From: Bacillota bacterium
GTDB taxonomy: Bacteria; Bacillota; Clostridia; Ch29
NCBI GenBank assembly: GCA_040766775.1
Contig: JAXGPT010000007.1
Coordinates: forward strand, 1,500 to 65,499
Length of the DNA: 64,000 bases
Reading direction: 5' to 3'
The number at the start of each line of letters is the position of its first letter. Position 1 is the stretch's first letter. The notes beneath the pieces were generated by a model. It was not told the origin of the DNA. It searched no databases and was given only the letters and a program-made list of their open reading frames with translations. Positions 9,830 through 21,226 of this stretch are shown here, one piece after another. The position numbers were made by a program, and so were the translations under genes.

Positions 9830-11383
9830 CTACTCTTCATGAAGCCAGGTCTTCAAGAGCTGTGCAGCCGTCTCGGGCTTTTTGCTGATAAACCTCTCCA
9901 CCTGCTTGCGCGCCCCTGTCTGGCCTTGTGTAAGGTCAATCTCTTCCACTTCATCCGTCACTGCCACATCCAGTTGTGATGTTAGAACCTCTTCTTCTTT
10001 TTGTTTTCTCTTTCTCAAGACAAGTAACGTACCAATAATTCCAATAAGAAGCAGCGCCCCAATTCCTCCCAGGTAGGTATAAAACCTTATCTTTTCCATC
10101 CGCTGCCTATCATCGAAGCCCTGGGCAATTTCTGCTGCCAGGCTTGTATCAAAGGGCAGCGATTGTATCCGTACCACCTGGCTGTCAATGCCCGCCGCCG
10201 CTGCAACAATATCCGCTATATTGTCCATATCCGACTGGGTAAGCTCCTGGACAAGGGATGTGCTGTTAATAAGAACCGCTACCGAAAGGTTTTTTACCTG
10301 GCCCTGGGCTTTTATTATCTCTTCCTTGATCTGGTTTAGTTCATAATTTACCGTCCGGCTAACGGTGTCGTACCTGGACTGGTCGGTTTCAAGCTCCGCA
10401 TAGGATACAATATCGTCCATATTGCTGTCGGTGCCGGGAACTCCCCCGCCGCCCATGTTTTGCGCATGTTCCTCCAGTTCCTGTATACTTCTAATAAGGC
10501 CGGAATCTTCTCCTGGTATTGGGGGCTCAAACCTTACTATACTGGTGACCTGGCTGTCAAAGTCAAGTTTTAGGTTTACCCTGACATCCACGTTGTTCTT
10601 TCCATAGGCAGTCTCCAAAAATTCCCTGATGCTTTTTTGCATCCGTCCCTGCATATCCTGTTCTATTTCCATCTGTTTCAAAAGCTTTCCCTGCTGCGTA
10701 TCCGCCTCGGAAGTCAGCTCCTGGCCTGTCTGGTCAATTATGGATATATTCTCTTTCTTAAGACCCTTAACACTTTTTGAAACAAACTGTATTATCCCGT
10801 CCACCTGCTCCTGCGAAAGAACAGCCCCTGGATGCAGCTTAATTAAAATCCCGGCACTGGACTGGTATTCGCTTTCGCTTAGTGCAAATACACTGTCACC
10901 GGGAATATAGAGGTTTACCTGGGCGTATTCCACTCCTTCTATGGTCTCTATGGCTTGGGCTATTGCGTATTCCTGACCCACCCGTATCCTTTCCCTTCTC
11001 TCCAGGTCGGTTGTTCCAAGGCGGGTATTATCCAGTGCCTCCACCAGGCTGAAACCGTTCCTGGGAAGACCTTCGGTCGCCAGCTGCATCCTCAGCCTGT
11101 TTACCTCCTGTTTTGGCACCAGTATTGTGGAATCATCATCAATTTCCCATTTTACCTTATATTCGTCCAGTTTCTGGGTTATGGCTCCCGCGTCCTCCAT
11201 TTCAAGCTTCCCGTATAGTGGAACCATTTCCGGCCGAGACGTAAAAAATATTAGCATTGCCATACTGGCAACAAAAATCGCCGCGCTTATGCCTATCTTC
11301 AGCTTTTGTTTTTTTGTCCTGGCCTGCCAGAACTCGTTCAGCTGATTTTTCACTCTTTTCAGGGTCTCTTCCAATGCGTCCAC
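9830..11383 (-). CDS. fliF: flagellar M-ring protein FliF
   Basis: Two TM segments, RMQLATEGLP, TVNYELN, C-terminal AAQLLKTWL. Confidence 0.95.
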   Translation of the reverse strand: MDALEETLKRVKNQLNEFWQARTKKQKLKIGISAAIFVASMAMLIFFTSRPEMVPLYGKLEMEDAGAITQKLDEYKVKWEIDDDSTILVPKQEVNRLRMQLATEGLPRNGFSLVEALDNTRLGTTDLERRERIRVGQEYAIAQAIETIEGVEYAQVNLYIPGDSVFALSESEYQSSAGILIKLHPGAVLSQEQVDGIIQFVSKSVKGLKKENISIIDQTGQELTSEADTQQGKLLKQMEIEQDMQGRMQKSIREFLETAYGKNNVDVRVNLKLDFDSQVTSIVRFEPPIPGEDSGLIRSIQELEEHAQNMGGGGVPGTDSNMDDIVSYAELETDQSRYDTVSRTVNYELNQIKEEIIKAQGQVKNLSVAVLINSTSLVQELTQSDMDNIADIVAAAAGIDSQVVRIQSLPFDTSLAAEIAQGFDDRQRMEKIRFYTYLGGIGALLLIGIIGTLLVLRKRKQKEEEVLTSQLDVAVTDEVEEIDLTQGQTGARKQVERFISKKPETAAQLLKTWLHEE

Positions 11384-11448
11384 CCCATCCTTATTTGGTC
11401 GGTGCTACGCTGCTTCAGCCGCCGGGCGAAGCAGCGTAGCAATTGTTT

Positions 11449-11745
11449 TTATATCTGCATTCTCATGATCTCCTGGTAAGATTCTATTACCTTGTTTCTT
11501 ATCTGCAGGGTGAACTGCAGCGCTATTTCCGCCTTTAACGAATCTATCGTCACCTGGTGCAAGTTTTGTATTTCTCCCGTTGCAAGAGCCATGGCGGAAT
11601 TATCCGCCGCTTTTTGCAGAGCGTTAACCTTGTTTAAGGCTTCGGTAAGGTATTGGCCGAAGCCCGCGGTTTGCTGCCCATCGCCGGAAACCCTTTGCAC
11701 GGGTATGTTTAACGGCTTAATGGGACTTTGAACATCTATTCTCAC
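11449..11745 (-). CDS. fliE: flagellar hook-basal body protein FliE
   Basis: QIRNKVIESYQEIMRMQI. Confidence 0.95.
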   Translation of the reverse strand: MRIDVQSPIKPLNIPVQRVSGDGQQTAGFGQYLTEALNKVNALQKAADNSAMALATGEIQNLHQVTIDSLKAEIALQFTLQIRNKVIESYQEIMRMQI

Positions 11746-11759
11746 TTATTCCAACCTCC

Positions 11760-12209
11760 CTATGACCTTCCAATCTCCAATGCCTTCTGGGCCATCCCCT
11801 TGGTCGCGTTAAGCGCTGTTACATTCGCCTCATACGCCCTTGCGGCGGAAATCATGTTTACCATTTCCACAACGGCATCCACGTTAGGCATGAGTACGTA
11901 GCCCTCCGCGTCGGCATCCGGATGCCCCGGGTCATAGATGCGTTTGAAAGGGGATTTGTCGTCCACTATCCCCTTAACCTTAACTCCGCCATTCTTAAGG
12001 AAAAGCCTTCGGCTTTCCTCCGAAAGGAATTGTGAGAAGGCTTTATTCCTGCAGTTTTCCTCAAATATAACCACTTGTCTTCTATAAGGAAGTCCGTTCT
12101 CGGTCCTGGTGGTACTGGCATTGGCTATGTTTTTAGCAATAACGTCCATTCTCAGCCGTTGGGCGGTCAGCCCTGTGGCACTTAGGTTAATGGCGTTGAA
12201 AATGCCCAT
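11760..12209 (-). CDS. flgC: flagellar rod protein FlgC
   Basis: AQRLRMDVIAKNIANA, YDPGHPDAD, RAYEAN. Confidence 0.96.
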   Translation of the reverse strand: MGIFNAINLSATGLTAQRLRMDVIAKNIANASTTRTENGLPYRRQVVIFEENCRNKAFSQFLSEESRRLFLKNGGVKVKGIVDDKSPFKRIYDPGHPDADAEGYVLMPNVDAVVEMVNMISAARAYEANVTALNATKGMAQKALEIGRS

Positions 12210-12213
12210 GGGT

Positions 12214-12620
12214 CTACCTCCTGCCTTCGTTTATTACCGTTCTGAGCCTTGCAAGTCTAGCCGATAGCTGGTCTGTCAAAGCCATGTACATAATAGTGTT
12301 TTTGGCGAGGTTTGCGGTTTGAACGTCAATGTCTACATTGTTTCCGTCAATCCTTGTCCTTGTGCTTCTATCCCTTGTTATTCGGGGAGAGAGCCGATCA
12401 AGGCTGTCGTTTGTTATGGGAATATGCATCGGGTTTTCGGCCGACACTTTAAAGTCCCTTTTTCTCACCGCATCCTTCAAAAGGTCCTCGAATTCTACTT
12501 TATAGGCTTTATAATTAGGGTGTCAACATTTGCTATGTTGTTGGAAATCACCTGGTTTCTCAAACATGAAGCATCCAAGGCTTTCTGAAGAATGGTGAGC
12601 ATTTTGTTCTCGCTCCGCAT
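12214..12620 (-). CDS. flgB: flagellar rod protein FlgB (frameshifted near 5' end)
   Basis: GGAGG RBS and ATG at 12620; KALDASCLRNQVISNNIANVDTPNYK then DGNNVDID in ORF 12214..12480. Confidence 0.92.
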
Positions 12621-12665
12621 TTTTCCCACCTCCAGGCTATTGATTTGACCCATACTTAAATACAT

Positions 12666-12692
12666 ATTCGATAGTTTTCATCATAATCCTTC
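12666..12692 (-). promoter_or_regulatory. SigH-like promoter upstream of flgB
   Basis: Minus strand GAAGGATTA-N11-ATCGAAT fits the SigH consensus RNAGGAWWW-N11/12-RNNGAAT. Confidence 0.55.
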
Positions 12693-12785
12693 ATATATAT
12701 CTAAAAATAACCCCCTTTTCTATTTTTTTATACACCATTCCTCAATCTGCCAGTATCTTTGCTGTGGCTCTCAAGTTCTTGACTT

Positions 12786-12820
12786 AAAAAAACCTGCTGC
12801 CCGAAAGCCGGCAACAGGTA
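12786..12820 (-). terminator. intrinsic terminator, riboswitch expression platform
   Basis: Minus strand ACCTGTTGCC-ggctttc-GGGCAGCAGGT followed by a T run. Confidence 0.85.
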
Positions 12821-12850
12821 TATAGACCGTTTTATTAAAAGCGGCTGTAT

Positions 12851-12935
12851 CCGGCAACCCGGCTGCCATAGCAATTACCTTGCCTTAGGCCCGTGGCTTT
12901 GCGTCCCCACCTTTTGATGGGTTTGCCTTTATCGA
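12851..12935 (-). ncRNA. c-di-GMP-I (GEMM) riboswitch
   Basis: Minus strand AAAGGCAAACCCATCAAAAGGTGGGGACGCAAAGCCACGGGCCTAA...ATGGCAGCCGGGTTGCC; upstream of flgB. Confidence 0.93.
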
Positions 12936-13096
12936 ACACTATCATATCACTATTTACTATCATACTTTAACATATATTTCTATATATTTTTACTTTTTCC
13001 TCCTTTTTCCGTAAAAATATTTTTATTTTTTCTTTTTTTTATTACTCTGACTCTCATCCTGCATTAGGTCCCGCTATATGTAAGCCCTGTAACGGC

Positions 13097-14488
13097 CTAT
13101 ATTATGAACCGGCCTATGTCCTTCCCGGTTATCAATTCCTTAAGCTGCGCTTTAACGTATTCCCCGTCTATCACCATGGTTTTTCCCCTAAGCTCTGGTG
13201 CGGAGTAGGATATCTCTTCAAACAGCTTCTCTACAATGGTATGCAGCCTTCTCGCTCCTATGTTTTCGTCCGCCTGGTTTACGGCATAGGCTATCTCGGC
13301 GATTTGGTCCACAGCATCTTCCTTGATTACCACCTTTACTCCTTCGGTATCCAGCAGCGCAGTGTACTGGGTGATAAGGGCGTTCTTGGGCTGGGTCAGT
13401 ATCCTCTTGAAATCGTCCACTGTCAGGCTGTCAAGTTCCACCCTTATCGGAAAGCGGCCCTGAAGCTCCGGTATCAGGTCGGAGGGCTTTGATATATGAA
13501 AAGCCCCCGCTGCTATAAACAATATATGGTCGGTCTTTACCGGCCCATATTTAGTCATTACAGTACTGCCCTCCACCAGCGGCAGTATATCCCTCTGCAC
13601 ACCCTCCCTGGAAACATCCGGCCCGGCTTTATAGTCCCTGGATGCGATCTTGTCTATCTCGTCCAAAAATATTATTCCGTTTTGCTCGGCCTGTTCAATG
13701 GCCTCGGATACTACCTGGTCCATGTCCACCAGTTTGTTAGCTTCTTCCTGCACCAGCAGTTTCCTTGCCTCTGCCACTGTTACCTTTCTTTTTTTCTTTT
13801 TACCGGGCAGCATCCCGCCAAGGAGGTCCCGGAAATTTATAGACATTTCTTCGATACCTACCCCGGTGAAAAACTCCACCGGGGTCCCGCCCCTGTCCTC
13901 TATTTCAATCTCAACCATTTCATTCTCAAGTTCACCAATTTTCAGCTTTGACCTTACTATGTTTCTCTCCTCAAGAACCGCCTTCATTCTTTCGCCGTCA
14001 CCGGTGTTCTGCTGTTCCGCGGGCTGACCAAACAAAACCTCCAGTGGGTTTTGATAGGGCGCTTCCTTTCTCGGCAAGGGGACTAACAGTTCAACTATCC
14101 TTTCTTCCGCCGCCGCTTCGGCTTTGCCTCGGACCTCTTCCACCATCCTGTTTTTTACCATTCTTATGGAGGTTTCCACCAGGTCCCTTACCATGGAATC
14201 CACATCCCGGCCCACGTAACCGACTTCGGTAAACTTGGTGGCTTCCACTTTGACAAAGGGTGCATCAACAAGTCTTGCAAGCCTTCGGGCAATCTCGGTC
14301 TTGCCTACACCGGTGGGGCCTATCATTATTATGTTCCTCGGTTTTATCTCCTCCTGGAGTTCCTTCGGCAGCCTCCTTCTACGGTACCTGTTCCTAAGGG
14401 CCACCGCCACCGACCTTTTCGCACTGTCCTGGCCTACTATGTACTTGTCCAGCTGCTTTACTATCTCAGAGGGAGTTAGTTCTCTCAA
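13097..14488 (-). CDS. hslU: ATP-dependent protease ATPase HslU/ClpY
   Basis: [40 protein letters not shown]. Confidence 0.97.
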   Translation of the reverse strand: MRELTPSEIVKQLDKYIVGQDSAKRSVAVALRNRYRRRRLPKELQEEIKPRNIIMIGPTGVGKTEIARRLARLVDAPFVKVEATKFTEVGYVGRDVDSMVRDLVETSIRMVKNRMVEEVRGKAEAAAEERIVELLVPLPRKEAPYQNPLEVLFGQPAEQQNTGDGERMKAVLEERNIVRSKLKIGELENEMVEIEIEDRGGTPVEFFTGVGIEEMSINFRDLLGGMLPGKKKKRKVTVAEARKLLVQEEANKLVDMDQVVSEAIEQAEQNGIIFLDEIDKIASRDYKAGPDVSREGVQRDILPLVEGSTVMTKYGPVKTDHILFIAAGAFHISKPSDLIPELQGRFPIRVELDSLTVDDFKRILTQPKNALITQYTALLDTEGVKVVIKEDAVDQIAEIAYAVNQADENIGARRLHTIVEKLFEEISYSAPELRGKTMVIDGEYVKAQLKELITGKDIGRFII

Positions 14489-14509
14489 TTTTTCACCTCT
14501 CCTTTAACA

Positions 14510-15040
14510 TCAAAGCTCCAGCACAGTAATGTCATCATTGGTATATACACAAATACCGGACGCTATCCTCAGGGCCTTTTCAGCAATTCCAGCCGCGTCC
14601 AACCCTGTGTTTTCATATAGAGCCCTTGCCGCCGCCAGCGCGTAAGGCCCCCCCGAGCCTACGGCAATCACGTTGTCATCCGGTTCTATTACTTCGCCGT
14701 TCCCGGAAATAACCAGCAGCGATTCCCTGTCAAGGGCTATCAGCATTGCCTCCAACCTTCTTAATACCTTGTCGGTCCTCCAGTCCTTGGCAAGTTCCAC
14801 CGCTGCCCTCTTAAGGCTTCCCCCGTATTGTTCCAGCCTGCTTTCGAACTTTTCGGTCAAAGTAAGGGCGTCAGCCACTGAACCGGCAAACCCTACCAAG
14901 ACCCTGTCGTTGTATATCTTCCTTACCTTCTTAGCACGGTGTTTCATTATGGTATGTTCGCCCAGCGTAATCTGACCGTCCCCCGCAATGGCTCCTTTGC
15001 TTCCTTTCCTTACAGCCACAATGGTAGTCCCCTTTATCAT
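14510..15040 (-). CDS. hslV: ATP-dependent protease subunit HslV/ClpQ
   Basis: TTIVAVR...[23 protein letters not shown]. Confidence 0.97.
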   Translation of the reverse strand: MIKGTTIVAVRKGSKGAIAGDGQITLGEHTIMKHRAKKVRKIYNDRVLVGFAGSVADALTLTEKFESRLEQYGGSLKRAAVELAKDWRTDKVLRRLEAMLIALDRESLLVISGNGEVIEPDDNVIAVGSGGPYALAAARALYENTGLDAAGIAEKALRIASGICVYTNDDITVLEL

Positions 15041-15083
15041 AATAACACCACCTTCAAAATAAATTGCGTATATTCATCGATAT

Positions 15084-16387
15084 CTAGTCCAGGTCCCGGA
15101 CTATCCTGTCCAAGCATTCCAGCGACCTTTCGGCAAGCATCCTATTGCGCCTTTTTTTGTCCTTAACCCTTTCCTCCAGCGGCGGCAACAGGCCGAAATT
15201 GGCGTTCATGGGCTGAAAGCCTTCATCCGATGCACTGGTAATATATCTAATCAGCGACCCCATAGCGGTCTCCCGCGGCAGCGCAGGCAGGGGTTTTCCC
15301 TCCATCATCTTTGCCATAAGCCAATACCGGCAACAAGCCGCGAGGCTGTGGATTCTATATAACCTTCCACACCCGTTATCTGCCCCGCAAACATTATCCC
15401 GAGGTCGGTTTTTAGCTGCAGCGTATTAAGCAGCAGCCGGGGAGAATTGATATAGGTATTCCTGTGCATAACGCCGTACCTCACAAACTCCGCATTCTTT
15501 AATCCCGGTATCATCCTGAACACCCGGTTTTTAGCCAGACCAACGCAGGTTGGTTTGGAAGCCCACCAGGTTGTACAAGGTACCCTGTGCATTGTCCTGC
15601 CTCAGCTGCACTACGGCGTAGGGTGTGTGCCCGGTACGGGGGTCGGTTAAACCCACGAGCCTCAATGGCCCGTACAGCAGCGTGTCCTTTCCCCTTTGCC
15701 ATCACTTCCACCGGCATACACCCCTCGAAAACCTTTAAGTCTTCAAATCGTTTAAGCGGATAGACTTTGCTTCCACCAGTTCCGACCAAAACTCTTCGTA
15801 TTCTTCCCTTGTGAAGGGACAATTCAGGTAGTTGGTCCCCGGCCTTTCCATACCTGGAAGCCGGAATATCAAATCCATGTCGAGTGAATCCGCCGTTACT
15901 ATCGGGGACACCGCATCATAGAAATACAGGTATTCACAGTCCAGTGCATTCGCCAAGGCCTTGGTAAGCTCGTCGGAAGTCAGAGGGCCGGTGGCGATTA
16001 TCGCCGGCCCTGCGGGGAACTCTATAAGCTCCTGCCTTATCACTTCTATATTGTGGTTTTCTTCAATCATACGGGTTACCTGCCGGGCAAAGCCCTCCCT
16101 GTCAACCGCCAGCGCAGAGCCGGCGGGCACCGTATTGTTATCGGCGCACTTTATTATAAGGAATCCAGCCTTCTCATTTCCTCCTTAAGAAGGCCCGCCG
16201 CATTCTCCAGGAGGTTTGACCTTAAGGAATTGCTGCAAACAAGCTCTGCAAACAGGCCCGTATGGTGCGCCGGGGTCATTTTTTTTGGTCTCATCTCATA
16301 AAGCTTGACCTTAATACCCCTTTTCGCCAGCTGCCATGCCGCTTCACTTCCAGCCAACCCTGCTCCTATTACAGTTACCGTTTTCAT
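15084..16387 (-). CDS. trmFO: tRNA U54 methyltransferase TrmFO/Gid (several frameshifts)
   Basis: [53 protein letters not shown] across fragments. Confidence 0.93.
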
Positions 16388-16459
16388 GCTGTTTCACCCG
16401 TCTTCATATAAAGTAACCGGTACGAACGCACCCATCCATGATTAATAGGTCACATTATA

Positions 16460-18519
16460 TCATCCGCTGTAGTTTTTGCATTCTACGTTAAGGCACACCG
16501 GACCGTTCCCCTTCCTGCCCTTGGCCTCCCACAGGTTTTGGCCGCATTCCTTGCATTTTTCTGCCGAAGGCTTGTTCCAGGTCATAAAGTCACAGTCGGG
16601 ATAATTGGCGCACCCGTAAAAGGTCCTCCCCTTTTTGGTTCTTTTGATAACAATATCGCCCCCGCACTTGGGGCATGGGACTCCCGCTTTTTCCAAAAGC
16701 GGCTTGGTGTTCCTGCATTCCGGGAATCCCGGACAGGCAAGGAATTTACCGTATTTCCCGTGCTTTATCACCATATTCCTGCCGCAGCGGTCGCATATCT
16801 CTTCGGTTTCCTTTTCCCTGATGACTATCTTTTCCATCTTTTTCTCCGCCCTGGTCACCATTTCCTCCAGGGGGCGGTAAAAGTCCTCCACGACCTTTCT
16901 CCATTCAATCCCGTTTTCTTCTATTTCATCCAGCTTCTCTTCCATGTCCGCCGTAAAATCCACGTCCACAATATCGGTAAAGTATTCCTCCATAACCTCG
17001 TTCACCACCTTGCCAAGGTAGGTGGGCACAAGGGACTTTTTGTCCTTTTCCACGTAACCCCTCTGCAAGATGGTTGATATTACAGGAGCGTAGGTGCTGG
17101 GCCTTCCGATTCCGTCATCCTCAAGGGCCTTAATAAGCGACGCCTCGGTGTACCTTGCCGGGGGCTGCGTGAAATACTGTTTGTCATCCAGCTTTTTAAT
17201 TTTCAGCAAGTCCCCCTTTTCCAGCGGCGGTATCTCCTCCTGCTTGTTTTCGGCATCATCGTCCATTACCTGCAAAACCCTTAAATGTGAGAGCCATGCC
17301 GGCAGCCTTAAACAGGTACTGCCCGCACGCAACGTTTACATTCACCGTATCGTACAGCGCATCCACCATCTGGGACGCAACAAAACGTTTCCAGATAAGG
17401 CTGTATACCTTGTACTGGTCCGGGTTAGGGAGTCCCTGATGCTGTCGGGGGTCCTGTTGACCGACGTCGGCCTTATGGCTTCGTGGGCTCCCTGGGCGCC
17501 CTTTTTACTCTTATAATAACGAGGCTTTTCGGGCAGGTAGCCTTCACCCCATTCTTTTTTGACATAGTCCCTAACCTGGACCAGGGCCGTATCCGATATC
17601 CGCACCGAGTTCAGTCCTCATGTATGTTATAAACCCTTCGGTGCCGACACCCTTAATATCAACGCCCTCGTACAGCTGCTGTGCAGCGGCCATGGTCCTT
17701 TTTACCGTAAACCCCAGTTTATTGTGCGCATCCTGCCGCAGGCTGCTGGTAATATAGGGAGGGTATGGGCTTCTTGCCTTTTTTGCCCTTCTTTATCTCG
17801 GTGACTTCAAATTTTTCATCCTTTATGTCTTTAAGTACGCTGTCCATTTCTTCCCTGCTGCCGATGGATATCTTCTTCCCGCTGCGTGAATGAAGCTCCG
17901 CCTTGAAGCTTTCTCTAGGTTCTTTTTATACAGCGTCGCAAACAGCCGCCAGTATTCCTCCGAACAAACCTCTCTATTTGCTCCTCGCGGTCGCAAATAA
18001 GCCTTAAGGCGACCGACTGAACCCTTCCGGCACTTAAGCCTTTTTGACCTTTTTCCATAGTAGCGGGCTTATCTCGTAACCCACCAGGCGGTCCACGATC
18101 CTTCGTGCCTGTTGAGCTTCCACCAGCCTGCCGTCTATGGGCCTTGGATTTTTCAGCGCCCTTTTTACCGCATCCTTTGTTACCTCGTTGAATTCTATCC
18201 TGCATGGGGAAGAGGTATCCAGGTCCAATATATGGGCAAGGTGCCAGGAAATTGCCTCCCCTTCCCTGTCCGGGTCGGTGGCAAGTAAAATTTTGTCCGC
18301 CTCTTTGGCTTCCTTTTTTATCTTATCCAGTACCGGGCCCTTTCCCCTTATGGTAATATACTTGGGCTCGAAACCCCTTTCCTTGTCAACCCCCATCTGG
18401 CTCTTTGGCAGGTCCCGCACATGGCCCATGGAAGCTTCCACCTTGTAGCCCCTGCCTAGAAATTTTTTTATGGTTTTTGCCTTGGCGGGCGATTCCACAA
18501 TAACCAGGCACTTTGTCAT
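16460..18519 (-). CDS. topA: DNA topoisomerase I (several frameshifts)
   Basis: [54 protein letters not shown]-terminal zinc ribbons. Confidence 0.95.
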
Positions 18520-18536
18520 ACCATTCACCTCCGTCG

Positions 18537-19649
18537 TTATCTGGCCACGAAATAGTTGCCGGGCAGCCTTTGAATCAGTCCTTCCACCTCGTAATGGGTA
18601 AGCAGCGCGTTCAGTTGGTTTATCCTAAGGCCGCTCTCGGAAAGGAGGTCATCTATATGAACCGGCTGCTGTCCAATCATCCTTAGGACCTTGTCTTCAG
18701 TTTTTCCCGTCCCGCCTTCAATTAACCCGTTATCGCCGCCTTTTTTTTCTCGGCTTTGCAGCATCGCGAAGGGAAACTCTTCCAGGATATCCTCCACCCG
18801 GTTAACAATTTTTGCCCCCTGTTTTATCAGGTTGTTGGTACCGGCACTGGTGGCACTGTTTATATTGCCCGGTACCGCGAAAACTTCCCGGTTCTGTTCA
18901 AGGGCAAAGTCCGCAGTAATCAGTGCGCCGCTCCTTTCGGAGGCCTCTACAACCACCACCCCCAGCGACAGCCCGCTTATCAGCCTGTTCCGGGCAGGAA
19001 AGTTTCCTCTTAAGGGACTGGTCCCCGGCGGGTACTCGCTGATCAGCAGCCCGCTGCCGGATATTTCCTTCATTAATTGATAATTTTCCCTGGGGTATAC
19101 AACGTCCAGGCCGTTACCCATAACCGCTATGGTCTTGCCCCCTACCGCCAGGGCGCCCTTGTGGGCATAGCTGTCAATACCCCTGGCCAACCCGCTTACT
19201 ATATTAAACCCCGCCCTTGCCAGCTGTTCTGCCAGTTTGAAAGCCACTTTTTTGCCGTAGTAACTGGCGGTCCTTGAACCAACGATGGCTATACAGTGTC
19301 CCTCCAGCGCCTTCCGGTCTCCCTTTACGTACAAAAGGTACGGCGGATTGTATATCTCCTTAAGAAGTGCGGGGTAGTGTGCCGAAGTTATCGGGATGGT
19401 TGAAATATTGTGTCTCTGGCTGTACAGGCAGTGTTCCAGCCTTGCCTCGCTTTTGTGTGCAAGTATCTGCCTAATGGTCCCACGGTCTATACCCTTTACT
19501 TTTTCAAGGTCTTCACAGCCGGCTTCCCAAATCGATTTCGCCGAGCCGAAATGCTCAATGAGCTTTCTAACCCTTATGCCGCCAATATTTCTTATACCGG
19601 ACAGCCAGATCAAGTACTTATCCTGTTCCACTACGTCTCCCTCCTTCAA
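18537..19649 (-). CDS. dprA: DNA processing protein DprA
   Basis: [33 protein letters not shown]. Confidence 0.95.
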   Translation of the reverse strand: MKEGDVVEQDKYLIWLSGIRNIGGIRVRKLIEHFGSAKSIWEAGCEDLEKVKGIDRGTIRQILAHKSEARLEHCLYSQRHNISTIPITSAHYPALLKEIYNPPYLLYVKGDRKALEGHCIAIVGSRTASYYGKKVAFKLAEQLARAGFNIVSGLARGIDSYAHKGALAVGGKTIAVMGNGLDVVYPRENYQLMKEISGSGLLISEYPPGTSPLRGNFPARNRLISGLSLGVVVVEASERSGALITADFALEQNREVFAVPGNINSATSAGTNNLIKQGAKIVNRVEDILEEFPFAMLQSREKKGGDNGLIEGGTGKTEDKVLRMIGQQPVHIDDLLSESGLRINQLNALLTHYEVEGLIQRLPGNYFVAR

Positions 19650-19650
19650 T

Positions 19651-21162
19651 TCAACTTGTAATCCTGTATTGAAGTGCTTCGGCTATGTCCTCCACTTCGA
19701 CGCCGCCCCTCTCCGCGAGGTCGGCTATAGTTCTTGCAACCTTCAGCACCTTGACATATCCCCTTGCGCTTAAACCCAGCCGCCTGTATGTGCTGTTTAA
19801 AAAGTCCATGGCCCTTGCGCTTACTTCGCATTTCTGTTCTATATCCTTTATTGAAAGCTGCGAATTGTACATCAATCCTTTGCCTTTCAACCTATTATAT
19901 TGTATTTCACGGGCCCTGATTACTCTTTCTTTTACCTCGGCGGAAGTTGTCCAGCTCTTTCTCCGGTCAAGGTCCTGTACCGGAACCCTTGATATTTCAA
20001 CCTGCAGGTCAATTCTATCCATCAACGGCCCGGATATCCTGCCGAAATACTTCTGAATATCCCTTGGCGAGCATCGGCATTCCCGTGTATGGTCCCCATA
20101 ATAACCACAGGGGCATGGGTTTGCACTGGCCGCCAGCAAGAACTTCGCCGGAAAGGAGAAGGTTGCATTCACCCTTGAAACGGTAATGACTTCATTTTCC
20201 ACCGGCTGTCTTAGGGCTTCCAGTACCCTCCTTGAGAACTCCGGCATTTCATCCAAAAATAAAACACCCTGGTGGGCGAGGCTTATTTCTCCCGGCCTGG
20301 GGATGGTGCCCCCGCCTACCAGCGACACTGCCGAGATGGTATGATGGGGCGCCCTGAAGGGAGCTACCCTTATAATGGACTTTCCTTCCAGCTTGCCTGC
20401 AATACTGTAAATCTTGGTAACCTCCAGGGCCTGCTCCTCGTTTAGGTCGGGCAAAATTGTAGGCAGCCTCCTGGCAAGCATTGTTTTTCCCGAACCCGGG
20501 GGACCTATAAGTATTATGTTATGCATGCCGGCAGCGGCTATCTCCAGCGCCCTCTTGGCGTTTTCCTGTCCCCTGACGTCACTTAGGTCCAATTCGGCTC
20601 CGGGTGCCTCCGGCGGATGCTCGCCTTTCTTGGGCCGTTTGTATTTTTCGGGTGCCTTTAGATACTCGATTGCTTCATCCAGCGACTTTATTCCGATTAT
20701 CTCCATATTCTCAACTATGGAGGCTTCTTCGGCGTTGTCCCGGGGAAGTATTATTCTTGAAAACCCCATCTCTTTTAGGGCTATTGCCATGGTTAAGACA
20801 CCCTTCACTTTTTTTACCTCTCCTCCAAGGGACAGTTCTCCGATAACGGCTGTATCTTCCAGCGGAAATACCGGTTCCACCTGTCCCGAGGACAAAAGTA
20901 TGCCAACGGCAATGGGGAGGTCATAGAAAGCTCCTTCCTTTCTTATGTCTGCGGGCGCCATGTTTACTGTTATCCTTTTTAAGGGAAATTCCATGCCCGA
21001 ATTCTTTATTGCGGACCGCACCCTTTCCTTTGATTCGTTTACCGCAGCGTCGGGAAGGCCCACTATTTGGCAGGACGGAAGACCATTGGAGATGTAGGTT
21101 TCTATTTCCACGCAGTAGCCGTCCATCCCAAAAAAACAGCAGCTATACACCTTTGACAGCAT
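19651..21162 (-). CDS. comM: ComM/YifB Mg-chelatase-like AAA+ ATPase
   Basis: VGLPDAAVNESKERVRSA, GPPGSGKTMLARRLP, PFRAPHHT, NPCPCG. Confidence 0.93.
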   Translation of the reverse strand: MLSKVYSCCFFGMDGYCVEIETYISNGLPSCQIVGLPDAAVNESKERVRSAIKNSGMEFPLKRITVNMAPADIRKEGAFYDLPIAVGILLSSGQVEPVFPLEDTAVIGELSLGGEVKKVKGVLTMAIALKEMGFSRIILPRDNAEEASIVENMEIIGIKSLDEAIEYLKAPEKYKRPKKGEHPPEAPGAELDLSDVRGQENAKRALEIAAAGMHNIILIGPPGSGKTMLARRLPTILPDLNEEQALEVTKIYSIAGKLEGKSIIRVAPFRAPHHTISAVSLVGGGTIPRPGEISLAHQGVLFLDEMPEFSRRVLEALRQPVENEVITVSRVNATFSFPAKFLLAASANPCPCGYYGDHTRECRCSPRDIQKYFGRISGPLMDRIDLQVEISRVPVQDLDRRKSWTTSAEVKERVIRAREIQYNRLKGKGLMYNSQLSIKDIEQKCEVSARAMDFLNSTYRRLGLSARGYVKVLKVARTIADLAERGGVEVEDIAEALQYRITS

Positions 21163-21226
21163 CTAACCACCTCTGCCTGCCGTACTTTTAAAAAATCCTG
21201 CAGGATAGCCCTTTAGCCTCGGTTCA

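Noticed and set aside
12621-12785. C. difficile-type invertible flagellar switch between riboswitch and flgB
   Set aside because: No long flanking inverted repeats seen, only a short palindrome TCAAG-tt-CTTGA; no recombinase nearby.
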